DNA of 64,000 bases from Pseudomonadota bacterium. Lineage in GTDB: Bacteria; Pseudomonadota; Alphaproteobacteria; Rhizobiales; Phreatobacteraceae. A program made the position numbers and the translations under genes. Shown here piece by piece: positions 1 to 8,883 of the stretch. The DNA is taken from assembly GCA_023416965.1 (NCBI GenBank), contig JAEZGJ010000065.1:4573-68572 (forward strand). Direction: 5' to 3'. The notes beneath the pieces are model-generated. The model was not told the DNA's origin, made no database searches, and worked only from the letters and a program-made list of their open reading frames with translations. The stretch's first letter is position 1. Each line of letters opens with the position of its first letter.

Positions 1-423
1 TCCATGTATGTCGGCAATGTCATGCTGCTGGTGCTGAACCTGCCGCTGATCGGGCTCTGGGTGAAATGCCTGCAGGTCCCCTACGGCATCCTGTTTCCGC
101 TGATCCTCCTCTTCTGCTGCATCGGCGTCTATGCCACCTCGGGCCAGATCTTCGACCTTTACGTGATGATCGCCTTCGGCGTCGGCGGCTGGCTGGTGGC
201 GCGCTGGGGCTACGAGCCGGCGCCCCTCGTGCTCGGCTTCGTGCTGGGGCCCATGTTCGAGAACAACCTGCGCAAGGCGCTGATCCTCTCGCGCGGCAGC
301 TGGATGACCTTCATCGAACGGCCGATCTCCGCCTTCTTCGTGCTTGCCTCGGCAATCATCCTGGCAACCGCGCTCGTCCCCTGGATCAATGCCAAGCGCA
401 AGGAGATCGCCGTCGAGGGGTGA
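1..423 (+). CDS. tctA: TctA-family tripartite tricarboxylate transporter large permease, C-terminal fragment (5' end lies outside window)
   Basis: Frame 1 is open from nt 1 to TGA 421-423. The product is TM-rich (LLVLNLPLIGLWV, GFVLGPMFENNLRKALILSRG), as in TctA C-termini. Confidence 0.7.
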   Translation, partial: SMYVGNVMLLVLNLPLIGLWVKCLQVPYGILFPLILLFCCIGVYATSGQIFDLYVMIAFGVGGWLVARWGYEPAPLVLGFVLGPMFENNLRKALILSRGSWMTFIERPISAFFVLASAIILATALVPWINAKRKEIAVEG

Positions 424-439
424 GCGCCGCCCCCGGGGG

Positions 440-1267
440 TCATGAGGCGACGGCGGCGTGGGCTCCGCGCCGATACTCGCGCGGCGTAAAGCCGATCTTG
501 TTCTTGAAGAAGCGCGAAAAATGCCCCGGCGCCGAAAAGCCGAGGTCGAGCGCGATGTCGCCCGCCGGCCGGTCGCTGCCGATCAGTTGCTCGATGGCAT
601 ATTCCACCCTCAGCGTGTCGTTGTAGACTGTCGGTGTCATGCCGGTGCTGGCGCTGAACTGCTCGAAGAACCGCGAGCGCGAGAGGCCCACCGCCCGGGC
701 GAGGCCATCGATCGTCTGCGGCCTGGCGGGATCGGCGCGCATCAGCCCGATCGCCTTGCGGATTCGGTGGTCGACCGCGCGCGGCTCCGCCGGAACGAGC
801 CTCTCGGGAGAGTTGGCGGCGAGAATGCGCTTGAGAAGCTGGAGGATGTCGCTCTCCAGATCGTGCCCCGCCGCCGTCAGGGGGGCATCGGCGATGGTGG
901 CCGCGATACGACCGACAAGGCGGCGCATGGTGTCGTCGACCCGCGCGGACTGCCGGCTGAACGGCCGCCGCGACGTGCCTCCGCTGCCGCGGACCAGCCA
1001 TCCGGCCTCGATGTAGAGCGCGAGGATGGTGATGGGCGGATCGGCACTGGCGCGCCAGTTGGCGTGCGGCACCCACGGGTTGAGCAGCACCATCTCGTCG
1101 TCGGTGATCGGGCAGCGGGTCCCTTCCACGTCATAGGCTCCGTCCTGCCCCTCCACCTTGATGAGGGCATGGACATGAGGGTGGGCGTGGACATGGACGG
1201 GCTGATTGGTGCGGAACAGCGTCACGCGACCGAAGAGCCCCTGATGGACGCCGATGACGCCGGTCAT
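440..1267 (-). CDS. AraC-family transcriptional regulator with His-rich cupin-like N-domain
   Basis: ATG at 1267-1265 (MTGVIGVHQG...). C-terminal double HTH (RSRFFEQFSASTGMTPTVYNDTLRVEYAIEQL ... FSAPGHFSRFFKNKIGFTPREYR). Track ORF 440..1312 trimmed to the internal ATG. Confidence 0.85.
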   Translation of the reverse strand: MTGVIGVHQGLFGRVTLFRTNQPVHVHAHPHVHALIKVEGQDGAYDVEGTRCPITDDEMVLLNPWVPHANWRASADPPITILALYIEAGWLVRGSGGTSRRPFSRQSARVDDTMRRLVGRIAATIADAPLTAAGHDLESDILQLLKRILAANSPERLVPAEPRAVDHRIRKAIGLMRADPARPQTIDGLARAVGLSRSRFFEQFSASTGMTPTVYNDTLRVEYAIEQLIGSDRPAGDIALDLGFSAPGHFSRFFKNKIGFTPREYRRGAHAAVAS

Positions 1268-1331
1268 GATTCCTCCAGCGCCCGCTCTGCCGGCGGACTG
1301 TGCGGGTAGCATCCACTAAACCGGACGAAAA

Positions 1332-1357
1332 GGTAAGTCGCCGGACGCATCGGTAAG
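1332..1357. promoter_or_regulatory. Direct repeat GGTAAG-N14-GGTAAG in the AraC/cupin divergent promoter region (possible AraC-type operator)
   Basis: GGTAAG occurs at 1332-1337 and 1352-1357, a 20-nt periodicity, between divergent starts at 1267 and 1421. Confidence 0.2.
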
Positions 1358-1420
1358 CAACGCCTTCGCAGCCCCTGTAGAATCTCGCCGAACGTCCCGC
1401 CAGCTCTCCGGGGAAGCTGC

Positions 1421-2080
1421 ATGACCGCGCCCGCCATGGTTCTAAGACTCGTCGAAGACGTCATATCGGCTGGCGCGCGCCTCTCCTTCCCCGACGATGG
1501 CGTCCATCGTGTCCTCTATGTCGTCCACGGTGCCGTGGAGGCGGGCAGCGGGCGCCTGGAGGACGACCAGGCGGTGCTCCTGGCCAGCGCGGCGGTGGTG
1601 ATCGCCGGTGCGGCCGGCGCAACCGTCTGGCGCTATGAACTGGCGCCCGCCGGGAGGGGCGTCTTCCGCCTGCCGCACGGTGTCGGCGTGACGCGCGACA
1701 AGCTGAGCGAGACCCTTGCATGGCCGGTGGCGGACCGGGTCCTGATCCGCGCCGACAGCGTGTCCTTCCCGCCGGGCGGCTGCGCCTATCTGCATACGCA
1801 TCAGGGACCTGGCATCCGCTGCCTCATCGACGGCGGCATTCGTATCGACGCCATGGGCCATTCGGCGAGCTACGGCCCCGGCGCCGCCTGGTTCGAGAGC
1901 GGCCCCGATCCGGTCTTCGCCCAGGCCGCGGCCGACCGCCCCAGCCGCTTCATCCGCGTGATGGTCCTGCCCGCCGCGCTCCACGGGCGGTCCTCCATCG
2001 CCTACGTCAATGCCGAGGACCGCGAGAAGCCGAAATCCCAGACCTACAAGGGGTATCTGGACGAGGTCATCGACACCTGA
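1421..2080 (+). CDS. Cupin-domain protein of unknown specificity
   Basis: 219-aa ORF divergent from the AraC gene. Contains a cupin-like metal motif region (PPGGCAYLHTHQGPGIRCLIDGG ... GPGAAWFE). Confidence 0.6.
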   Translation: MTAPAMVLRLVEDVISAGARLSFPDDGVHRVLYVVHGAVEAGSGRLEDDQAVLLASAAVVIAGAAGATVWRYELAPAGRGVFRLPHGVGVTRDKLSETLAWPVADRVLIRADSVSFPPGGCAYLHTHQGPGIRCLIDGGIRIDAMGHSASYGPGAAWFESGPDPVFAQAAADRPSRFIRVMVLPAALHGRSSIAYVNAEDREKPKSQTYKGYLDEVIDT

Positions 2081-2169
2081 CGCCCTCGAAGGGAAACAGC
2101 CGGGGCCCGTCGCCGGCCGAGGCGGCAGCAAGACCGCCTGAGCAGACAAGGCAATCGGAGGAACGCACA

Positions 2170-3153
2170 ATGACGCTGACCCGCAGAACGGCCATGGCCG
2201 CTTTCGCCCTGACGGGCGCGGCACTTGCGGCGCCCGCCGCCCGCGCCCAATCCGCCTATCCGGAGCGGCCAATCAGGGTGATCGTGCCTTTCGCCGCCGG
2301 CAGCGCCTCGGACATTGTCGGGCGCATCGTGCTCGAGGCCATGGCCGGTGATCTCGGGCAGCGCTTCGTGGTGGAGAACCAGGCCGGCGCCAGCGGCAAT
2401 CTCGGCACCGGCGCGGTGGCGCGCGCCGAGCCCGACGGCTACACCATCCTGGTCTCCGCCTCGGGGCCCCTGGCGGTCAATCAGGCGCTCTTCCCGAACA
2501 TCGGATACGATCCGCTCGTCGATTTCGAGCCGATCTCCCTCATCGCCACGCTGCCCAACGTCATCGTCGTCAATGCGGGACTGCCGCTGAATTCCGTGGC
2601 CGACCTGATCGCCGCCGCGAAGAAGGATCCCGGCAAGCTCAACTACGGGAGCATCGGCAACGGCAGTTCCCAGCATCTGGCCGCCGCCTATTTCGAGCAG
2701 GTGACGGGAACGCGCATGACCCATGTCCCCTACCGGGTCACCGGCCAGCTCGTCAGCGATCTCGTCGGAGGGCAGCTCCAGGAGTCTTTCCAATTGCTCC
2801 CCAATGTCCTCGGCCAGATCCAGGGCCGGCAGGTGCGGCCCCTGGCCATCACCGCCAATCGCCGTTCCGAGGTGCTTCCCGACGTGCCGACGGTTGCCGA
2901 GGTGGGACTGCAGGGCTACGAGGCCTATGGCTGGTTCGCCATGCTCGCGCCGAGGAACACACCGGCGCCCGTCGTGGCCCGCCTCCACTCCGCCTACACG
3001 AAGGCCATGGCGGACCCGGCGATCCGCCGCCGCGTCATCGAGGTCGGCGCCGAGCCTGCAATCTCCACCCCGGCCGAGCTTCGCGCCTTCATGCAGGCGG
3101 AAGCCCGCAAATGGGGCGACATCATCCGCACGAACGGCATCAAGCCGAACTGA
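2170..3153 (+). CDS. Bug/TctC-family tripartite tricarboxylate transporter substrate-binding protein
   Basis: ATG 2170 (MTLTRRTAMAAFALTGAALAAPAARAQ signal peptide), followed by the characteristic YPERPIRVIVPFAAGSASD and the QFVVENQAGASGNLG-like motif. Confidence 0.85.
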   Translation: MTLTRRTAMAAFALTGAALAAPAARAQSAYPERPIRVIVPFAAGSASDIVGRIVLEAMAGDLGQRFVVENQAGASGNLGTGAVARAEPDGYTILVSASGPLAVNQALFPNIGYDPLVDFEPISLIATLPNVIVVNAGLPLNSVADLIAAAKKDPGKLNYGSIGNGSSQHLAAAYFEQVTGTRMTHVPYRVTGQLVSDLVGGQLQESFQLLPNVLGQIQGRQVRPLAITANRRSEVLPDVPTVAEVGLQGYEAYGWFAMLAPRNTPAPVVARLHSAYTKAMADPAIRRRVIEVGAEPAISTPAELRAFMQAEARKWGDIIRTNGIKPN

Positions 3154-3188
3154 GCGCCGGGCCCGGCGGCCGCCGCGTCAGGTCCGGA

Positions 3189-3208
3189 CCGGCGCCCTCT
3201 GGCGCCGG
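3189..3208 (+). terminator. Perfect 8-bp stem / 4-nt loop hairpin downstream of the Bug gene (weak terminator candidate, no U-tract)
   Basis: CCGGCGCC-CTCT-GGCGCCGG lies 36 nt after the stop at 3153. The following sequence is not T-rich. Confidence 0.25.
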
Positions 3209-3287
3209 GGCGCGCATCTCCCCGGCGTCGCCGGCGCTTGCCAAAAGCGACGTTTGTGCCCACAAGAGCCCCGTTCAGCAGGGCTCC

Positions 3288-4781
3288 ATGGGCATTTTAA
3301 GAAGTTCTTTCGTCAAAACCACCGCTCTCATGCTGGCCGCCGGTATCGCGGTCCTGATCCTGATCGTCGCGGCATCACTCTGGCTCACCGCCCGCTCGCA
3401 GCAGCATTTCGGCGAGGTCGTCGCCTCGCGCGCCATTCGCAGCGCCACCGCCGACCTGCTCTCGCTGATGCAGGATGCGGAGACCGGCCAGCGCGGCTTT
3501 CTCATTACCCGCGATCCCGTTTTCCTCCGCCCCTATCACTCGGCCGTCGCCAATTTCGAGCAGAGGATCGGCGCCTTCCGCCAGTCCATCGCGGCAGAGG
3601 CCGAGCTCGCCGGCCTCGCCACCCGGCTGGACGAGAGGCTGCGCCGCAAGATGGAGGAGTTGCGCAACCGCGTCGCGCTCGGCGAGGCGGGCCGGTTCGC
3701 AGAGGCCGTCGCCGAGGTCGGCACCGGATCGGGCATGCGGCTGATGGACGAGATCAGGGCCGATCTCGGCGAGGTCCTGCAGCGGGGCGAACGGTCGCTC
3801 AGCCGCGCCATCGCAGCGCAGGACGCCACCACCGACCAGTTGCAGTTCGTCTCCATCGCCGGCGCGATCATCATCCTCGGCCTCGCCGCGGCGGCCGCCT
3901 GGCTGATCGCCAGCTATACACGCGAACTGGCCTATTCCCGCGCGGAGCTGGAGGTGCTGAACACCGGGCTGGAACAGCGGGTCAACGAACGCACCGAGGC
4001 GCTCACCAAGGCGAACGAGGAGATCCAGCGCTTCGCCTATATCGTCACCCACGACCTCCGCGCGCCGCTGGTCAACATCATGGGGTTCACCAGCGAGCTG
4101 GAAGCCTCGATCAAGCCTGTCGCCACCCTGCTGGAGAACAAGGAAGCGAACCCCCACGATCGTGACGAGGCGCGCCAGGCCATCGAGACGGACCTGCCGG
4201 AGGCCATCGGCTTCATTCGCTCGTCCACCCAGAAGATGGACAATCTCATCAACGCCATCCTGAAGATCTCCCGGGTGGGCACGCGCACCCTGAAACCCGA
4301 GACGATCGACCTGAAGGCTCTGGCGGAAGCCGGCGCCGCCGCCGTCCACCACCAGGCCTCCGGCGACGGCGAGGACGAGGGCATCCGCATCAAGGTGCCG
4401 CCGATCCAGATCGTCAGCGACCGGCTGTCGGTCGACCAGATCCTCGGCAACCTCCTCGACAACGCCATCAAGTACCGCGCCGCCGACCGGCCGATCCGCA
4501 TCGAGATCCGCGGCCGGCGCGACCGCAACTGGGCCTATCTCGAGGTCGAGGACAACGGCCGCGGCATCGCCGCCTCCGATACCGAGCGGGTTTTCGAACT
4601 GTTCCGCCGTTCCGGCGCCCAGACGGTTGCGGGAGAAGGCATCGGCCTCGCCCATGTCCGCACCCTCGCCCGCAATCTCGGCGGCGACATCAGCCTGTCG
4701 TCGACCCTCGGCAGCGGCAGCACCTTCACTGTCAGGCTGCCCATCGATTTCAACGAGTTCAAGAGGAGAGCCGCGCTATGA
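3288..4781 (+). CDS. CHASE3-domain sensor histidine kinase
   Basis: ATG 3288 (MGILRSSFVKTTALMLAAGIAVL, a TM segment). CHASE3-like region (SLMQDAETGQRGFLITRDPVFLRPY), second TM segment, H-box FAYIVTHDLRAPL, and ATPase motifs DNAIKY, VEDNGRGI, GEGIGL. Confidence 0.85.
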   Translation: MGILRSSFVKTTALMLAAGIAVLILIVAASLWLTARSQQHFGEVVASRAIRSATADLLSLMQDAETGQRGFLITRDPVFLRPYHSAVANFEQRIGAFRQSIAAEAELAGLATRLDERLRRKMEELRNRVALGEAGRFAEAVAEVGTGSGMRLMDEIRADLGEVLQRGERSLSRAIAAQDATTDQLQFVSIAGAIIILGLAAAAAWLIASYTRELAYSRAELEVLNTGLEQRVNERTEALTKANEEIQRFAYIVTHDLRAPLVNIMGFTSELEASIKPVATLLENKEANPHDRDEARQAIETDLPEAIGFIRSSTQKMDNLINAILKISRVGTRTLKPETIDLKALAEAGAAAVHHQASGDGEDEGIRIKVPPIQIVSDRLSVDQILGNLLDNAIKYRAADRPIRIEIRGRRDRNWAYLEVEDNGRGIAASDTERVFELFRRSGAQTVAGEGIGLAHVRTLARNLGGDISLSSTLGSGSTFTVRLPIDFNEFKRRAAL

Positions 4782-5224
4782 CCCGGAGCGGGAACCCCGT
4801 CACCATCATCATGATCGAGGATGATGAGGGCCATGCGCGCCTCATCGAGAAGAACATCCGCCGCGCCGGTGTCTCCAACGAGATCATTCCGTTCACCAAC
4901 GGCACGGCGGCGCTCTCCCACCTGCTCGGCCCCGACGGGTCCGGCGAGGTGAGCATCGGCCGACAACTCCTCATCCTGCTCGATCTCAACCTGCCCGACA
5001 TGGGCGGCGTCGACATCCTGGAGAAGGTGAAGTCGAACCCGCACACGAAGCGGGCGCCCGTCGTTGTCCTGACGACGACGGATGACCAGCGCGAGATCCA
5101 GCGCTGCTACGACCTCGGCGCCAACGTCTACATCACCAAGCCGGTGGACTATGACGGCTTCGCCCAGGCGATCCGCCAGCTTGGCCTGTTCTTTGCGGTG
5201 ATGCAGGTGCCGGAAGCCGACTGA
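4778..5224 (+). CDS. Single-domain CheY-like response regulator
   Basis: ATGA start/stop overlap with the kinase gene. Receiver motifs present: IIMIEDDEGH, LILLDLNLPDMGG, VVVLTTTDD, YITKP. Confidence 0.9.
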   Translation: MTRSGNPVTIIMIEDDEGHARLIEKNIRRAGVSNEIIPFTNGTAALSHLLGPDGSGEVSIGRQLLILLDLNLPDMGGVDILEKVKSNPHTKRAPVVVLTTTDDQREIQRCYDLGANVYITKPVDYDGFAQAIRQLGLFFAVMQVPEAD

Positions 5225-5240
5225 GCCATCAAACCTGACC

Positions 5241-6290
5241 ATGCCCGAAGCCCAGAAGCGAATTCTCTATGTCGACGACGACGCCGCCCTTGGTCGGCTC
5301 GTCCAGCGACGGCTCGCGCGCCACGGCTTCGTCGTGGTCCATGCCGCCGATGCCGCCGCCGGCCTGGATGTCCTCGCCGGGGACGCCTTCGACGTGGTCA
5401 TCCTCGACCACGACCTCGGCACCTCCACGGGCCTCGACCTCCTGCCGCGCCTCAAGGACCATGCGCCTTCCCTGCCCGTCATCTACGTCACCGCCTCCAC
5501 CGAACTGGCCATCGCCGTCGAGGCTCTGAAGGCCGGCGCCTTCGACTACGTCGTCAAGACGGTCGGCGACGACTTCGACACCCTGCTGCTCTCCGCCATC
5601 ACCCAGGCGGTGGAAAAGGGCATCCTCCTGCGGCTGAAGGAAAAGGCCGAGCGCGAGGTGGCCGAGGCGCGCGACCATGCCCTCGTGCTGCTGGCCGAGG
5701 TCAATCATCGCGTCAGCAACAGCCTCGCGCTCGTATCCTCGCTGATCCGCATGCAGGCAGCAGCGTCGAAGGATCCGGAGACCAAGGCAGCCCTCGTCAC
5801 CACCCAGGCCCGCATCGCGGCCGTCGGCGACCTGCACCGCAACCTCTACACCTCCGATGACGTGCGCTCGGTTGATCTCGGCGCCTACCTCGCCTCCGTC
5901 CTCGACGCGGTGCGGCTGTCGGTCGCCGACACCGGCTCGGCGGCGACGGTCAGCTTCCAGCCCGCCAGCGTGCTGTGCCGCACCGACAAGGCGGTCCCTG
6001 TGGGCATGATAGTCACAGAACTCGTCACCAACGCACTGAAATACGCCTATCCCGACAGGGCCGGTGAGGTCCGGGTGGCGCTCGCTGCAGATCCAGAGGG
6101 CATCGAGCTCACCGTCGCCGACGACGGCGTCGGCTGGCGCGGCGCCGGGCCGGCGCGGGGCTCGGGCCTCGGCAGCCGCATCATCGCCTCGATGGCCAAG
6201 AGCCTCGACAGTCAGGTCGATTATCTCGACGTTCCCACTGGCACCTGCGCCCGCCTGAAGGTGCCCGCCGCCGTTCTGGAGCGGCGCTGA
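5241..6290 (+). CDS. Hybrid receiver (REC) plus HisKA_2/HWE-type histidine kinase
   Basis: N-terminal REC domain (ILYVDDD ... VVILDHDLG ... YVVKT). H-box EVNHRVSNSLALVSSLIRMQ is typical of HisKA_2. C-terminal ATPase motifs: TELVTNALKYAYP, VADDGVG, GSGLGSRI. Confidence 0.8.
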   Translation: MPEAQKRILYVDDDAALGRLVQRRLARHGFVVVHAADAAAGLDVLAGDAFDVVILDHDLGTSTGLDLLPRLKDHAPSLPVIYVTASTELAIAVEALKAGAFDYVVKTVGDDFDTLLLSAITQAVEKGILLRLKEKAEREVAEARDHALVLLAEVNHRVSNSLALVSSLIRMQAAASKDPETKAALVTTQARIAAVGDLHRNLYTSDDVRSVDLGAYLASVLDAVRLSVADTGSAATVSFQPASVLCRTDKAVPVGMIVTELVTNALKYAYPDRAGEVRVALAADPEGIELTVADDGVGWRGAGPARGSGLGSRIIASMAKSLDSQVDYLDVPTGTCARLKVPAAVLERR

Positions 6291-6312
6291 ACGGGGCGCC
6301 CCGGTTCAGCGC
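6284..6312. terminator. 29-nt near-perfect palindrome spanning both stop codons of convergent genes (bidirectional terminator candidate)
   Basis: GCGCTGAACGGGGC/GCCCC(G)GTTCAGCGC. It contains TGA 6288-6290 (+ gene) and tca 6306-6308 (- gene). Confidence 0.4.
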
Positions 6313-7250
6313 TCCACCCGCAGATGAGGCCGCCACGGGTCAAGCCCGAGACCCGCCCGCCAGTGATGGGCGATGGCGTCGCGCCGCGCGAACCAGACGC
6401 CGGGAGTCGCCGCCATGTGGTCGAGCAGGCGTTCCAGCCCGCCGATGCGCGCCGGACGGCCGATGATCCTCAGGTGCAGGCCGACGGAGAGCATGCGCGG
6501 CTCGCTGCCGCCCTCCGCCAGCAGCCGGTCGAAGGCGCCGATGCAGTAGCGCGCGAAGTCGTCGGCCTGGACGAAACCGCCGCCCGGCTGGAAGCGCATG
6601 TCGTTGGTGTCGAAGGCATAGGGCAGGATGACGAGATCCCGCCCCCCGTCCTCATGCATGAAGGGTAGATCGTCGTTGTAAGCGTTGGAATCGTAGAGAA
6701 ACCCACCGTGCTCGAGGAGCAGGCGCCGGGTGTTCACCGAGGTCGCGGAGCGGGTGTGCCAGCCGACCGGCGGCGCGCCGGAGGCGGCCGCAATCGCCTC
6801 CACCGTCCGCGCGATCGCCTCACGCTCGGCGCCCTCCGCCATGTGGACATGCTTCTCCCAGCGCCAGCCGTGGCAGGAGATCTCGTGGCCGTCGGCCACC
6901 GCCTCCTCGGCGAGCCACGGCGACAGGGCGATGGCGCGACCGCAGGCGTTCAGCGTCGCCGCGATGCCGCGATCCGCGAGCGCCTTGCGGATGCGGGGCC
7001 AGCCGCGGCGGGTGCCGTATTCGTAGTGGCTCTCCATGCAGAGGTCGCGGGAGCCCTCGATGCGCTCCACCGCCTCGTAGATGAACTCGTTGGCCTCGTC
7101 CCCGGCGCCGAGGGAGAGCTCGGCCCCCTCCTCCACGTTGACGACGATGGAGACCGCCAGACGCGCGTCGTTCGGCCAGCGGATGGCGGGTGGAGAGGCG
7201 CCATAGCCGCGGAAGTCGCGGTCGGTGGCCGGCACGGGGAACGACGGCAT
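6306..7250 (-). CDS. Polysaccharide-deacetylase-fold amidohydrolase, PuuE (allantoinase)-like
   Basis: ATG at 7250-7248 (MPSFPVPATDRDFRGYG). Shows strong resemblance, from memory, to PuuE-type proteins: CMESHYEYGTRRGWPR, HEISCHGWRW, GWHTRSATSVNTRRLL, PYAFDTNDMRF, GLHLRIIGRPARI. Track ORF 6306..8090 runs on into the neighbouring gene. Confidence 0.8.
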   Translation of the reverse strand: MPSFPVPATDRDFRGYGASPPAIRWPNDARLAVSIVVNVEEGAELSLGAGDEANEFIYEAVERIEGSRDLCMESHYEYGTRRGWPRIRKALADRGIAATLNACGRAIALSPWLAEEAVADGHEISCHGWRWEKHVHMAEGAEREAIARTVEAIAAASGAPPVGWHTRSATSVNTRRLLLEHGGFLYDSNAYNDDLPFMHEDGGRDLVILPYAFDTNDMRFQPGGGFVQADDFARYCIGAFDRLLAEGGSEPRMLSVGLHLRIIGRPARIGGLERLLDHMAATPGVWFARRDAIAHHWRAGLGLDPWRPHLRVER

Positions 7251-8050
7251 CAGAAATCCGCGAGGCGCCTCAGACCGACGAGCCTGTCGCCGATGATGAG
7301 CGCGATCACCGCCAGCAGGATGAGGCCCGTCGAGATCGCGGCGATGACCGGGTCCGGGCGCTCCTCGACGAACTGTAGCATCTGGATCGGCAGCGTCTTG
7401 GTCCAGGCGTCGGTGAAGAAGATGGAGATCGGGTAATTGTCCATCGAGGCGAGGAAGGCGAACATGGCCGAGGTCAGGAAGGCAGGCGCCAGCGCCGGCA
7501 CCATGACCTTGCGCAGGGCCTTGCCATAGGAGCAGCCCAGCGTCCGCGCCGCGTCGATCAGCGTGAAGTCGAAGAGGCTGAGGGCGGCCAGCACCGTGCG
7601 CACCACATAAGGCATGGTGATCACCACATGGGCGACGAGCAGGCTCGGCCAGGCCTCGCGCAGCCCCACCGTCTTGAAGCCCTGCAGCATGGCGATACCG
7701 ACCACGAGCCCGGGCAGCATCAGCGGCGAGACGAGGAAGGTGGCGATGGCGTCGCGGCCGGAAAAGCGCCCGCGCACCAGGGCGATGGCGCAGAGCGTGC
7801 CCAGCACCAGCGAGACCAGCGTCGACAGCGTGGCGATCTGCAGCGAGGTGGCGAGCGAGGGCCACAGGCCCCGCGTGCCGGGGAGCTGGTTGTACCAGCG
7901 CATGGACCAGCCCGGCGGCGGCAGTGTGAAGACCGCCGAGGACCCGAAGGACACCGCCACCGTCACCACCAGCGGCGTCAGCAGGAAGACGATGGCGAAG
8001 AGCGCCATGGCCCAGACCAGCGCGGAGGCGACGCGTTCGATCGCCGTCAT
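7250..8050 (-). CDS. ABC transporter permease (PotC/PotI-like)
   Basis: Start MTAIERV at 8050-8048 overlaps the upstream stop (ATGA). Multi-TM product with an EAA-like loop (IDAARTLGCSYGKALRKVMVP). Confidence 0.85.
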   Translation of the reverse strand: MTAIERVASALVWAMALFAIVFLLTPLVVTVAVSFGSSAVFTLPPPGWSMRWYNQLPGTRGLWPSLATSLQIATLSTLVSLVLGTLCAIALVRGRFSGRDAIATFLVSPLMLPGLVVGIAMLQGFKTVGLREAWPSLLVAHVVITMPYVVRTVLAALSLFDFTLIDAARTLGCSYGKALRKVMVPALAPAFLTSAMFAFLASMDNYPISIFFTDAWTKTLPIQMLQFVEERPDPVIAAISTGLILLAVIALIIGDRLVGLRRLADF

Positions 8051-8883
8051 TGCGTGCCTCCAAGGCGCTTGGCCAGCCACGACGAGGCAACGACGATGGA
8101 GACCGCCAGCACCAGCAGCACCACGGCCGTGGTCGATCCCAGAGCCTCGTTGCGCATGAGCAGGAAGGACCGGCCGGTCAGCGTCGCCAGCATCTGGAAG
8201 CGGTCGCCGATGAGGAGGCTCGGGATGACGAACATCGACACCGACATGGAGAAGACGAAGGCGATGCCGGAGACGAGGCCCGGCAGCGTCAGCGGCAGGA
8301 AGATGCGGCGGAAGCGGTAGAGCGGGCTGGCGCCGAGCGTCGCCCCCGCTTCCGACAGGCGCGGGTCGATCAGCTTCACCACCGAATAGATCGGCAGGAT
8401 CATGAAGGGCAGGAAGACGTTGGCCGCGCCCATGACGAGCCCGGTCTCGGTAAAGAGCAGCCTCTGCGGTTCGCTCCAGATGCCGGTGCCGACGAGCAGC
8501 TGGGAGACGACACCGTCGCGCCGGAGCACGATCTGCCAGGCGAAGGCCTTCACCACCACGCCGATGGAGAGCGGCAGGATGATCGCCACCAGGAGCGCCA
8601 CCTGCATCAGCCCCTTCGCCCGCGCCATGGCGATGGCGACGGGAAAGCCGATGAGGAGGCAGACCAGCGTCGTCATCAGGGCGATGCGCAGCGTGTTCCA
8701 GATCACCCGCCAGGAATAGGGATCGGCGAAGAACTGCACGAAGAGCTGGAGGGTGAAGCCCTCCGGGCCGGTGACGCTGCGCGCCAGCAGGAAGACCAGC
8801 GGCAGGGCATAGACGAGGCCGAGATAGGCGACGGCCGGCAAGGCGAGCCAGCCGATCGGATCCTTATGCGCAGCCGTGCTCAT
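8047..8883 (-). CDS. ABC transporter permease (PotB/PotH-like)
   Basis: 278-aa multi-TM ORF with EAA loop (SEAGATLGASPLYRFRRIFLPLTLPG). Overlaps the ATPase stop. Confidence 0.85.
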   Translation of the reverse strand: MSTAAHKDPIGWLALPAVAYLGLVYALPLVFLLARSVTGPEGFTLQLFVQFFADPYSWRVIWNTLRIALMTTLVCLLIGFPVAIAMARAKGLMQVALLVAIILPLSIGVVVKAFAWQIVLRRDGVVSQLLVGTGIWSEPQRLLFTETGLVMGAANVFLPFMILPIYSVVKLIDPRLSEAGATLGASPLYRFRRIFLPLTLPGLVSGIAFVFSMSVSMFVIPSLLIGDRFQMLATLTGRSFLLMRNEALGSTTAVVLLVLAVSIVVASSWLAKRLGGTQ

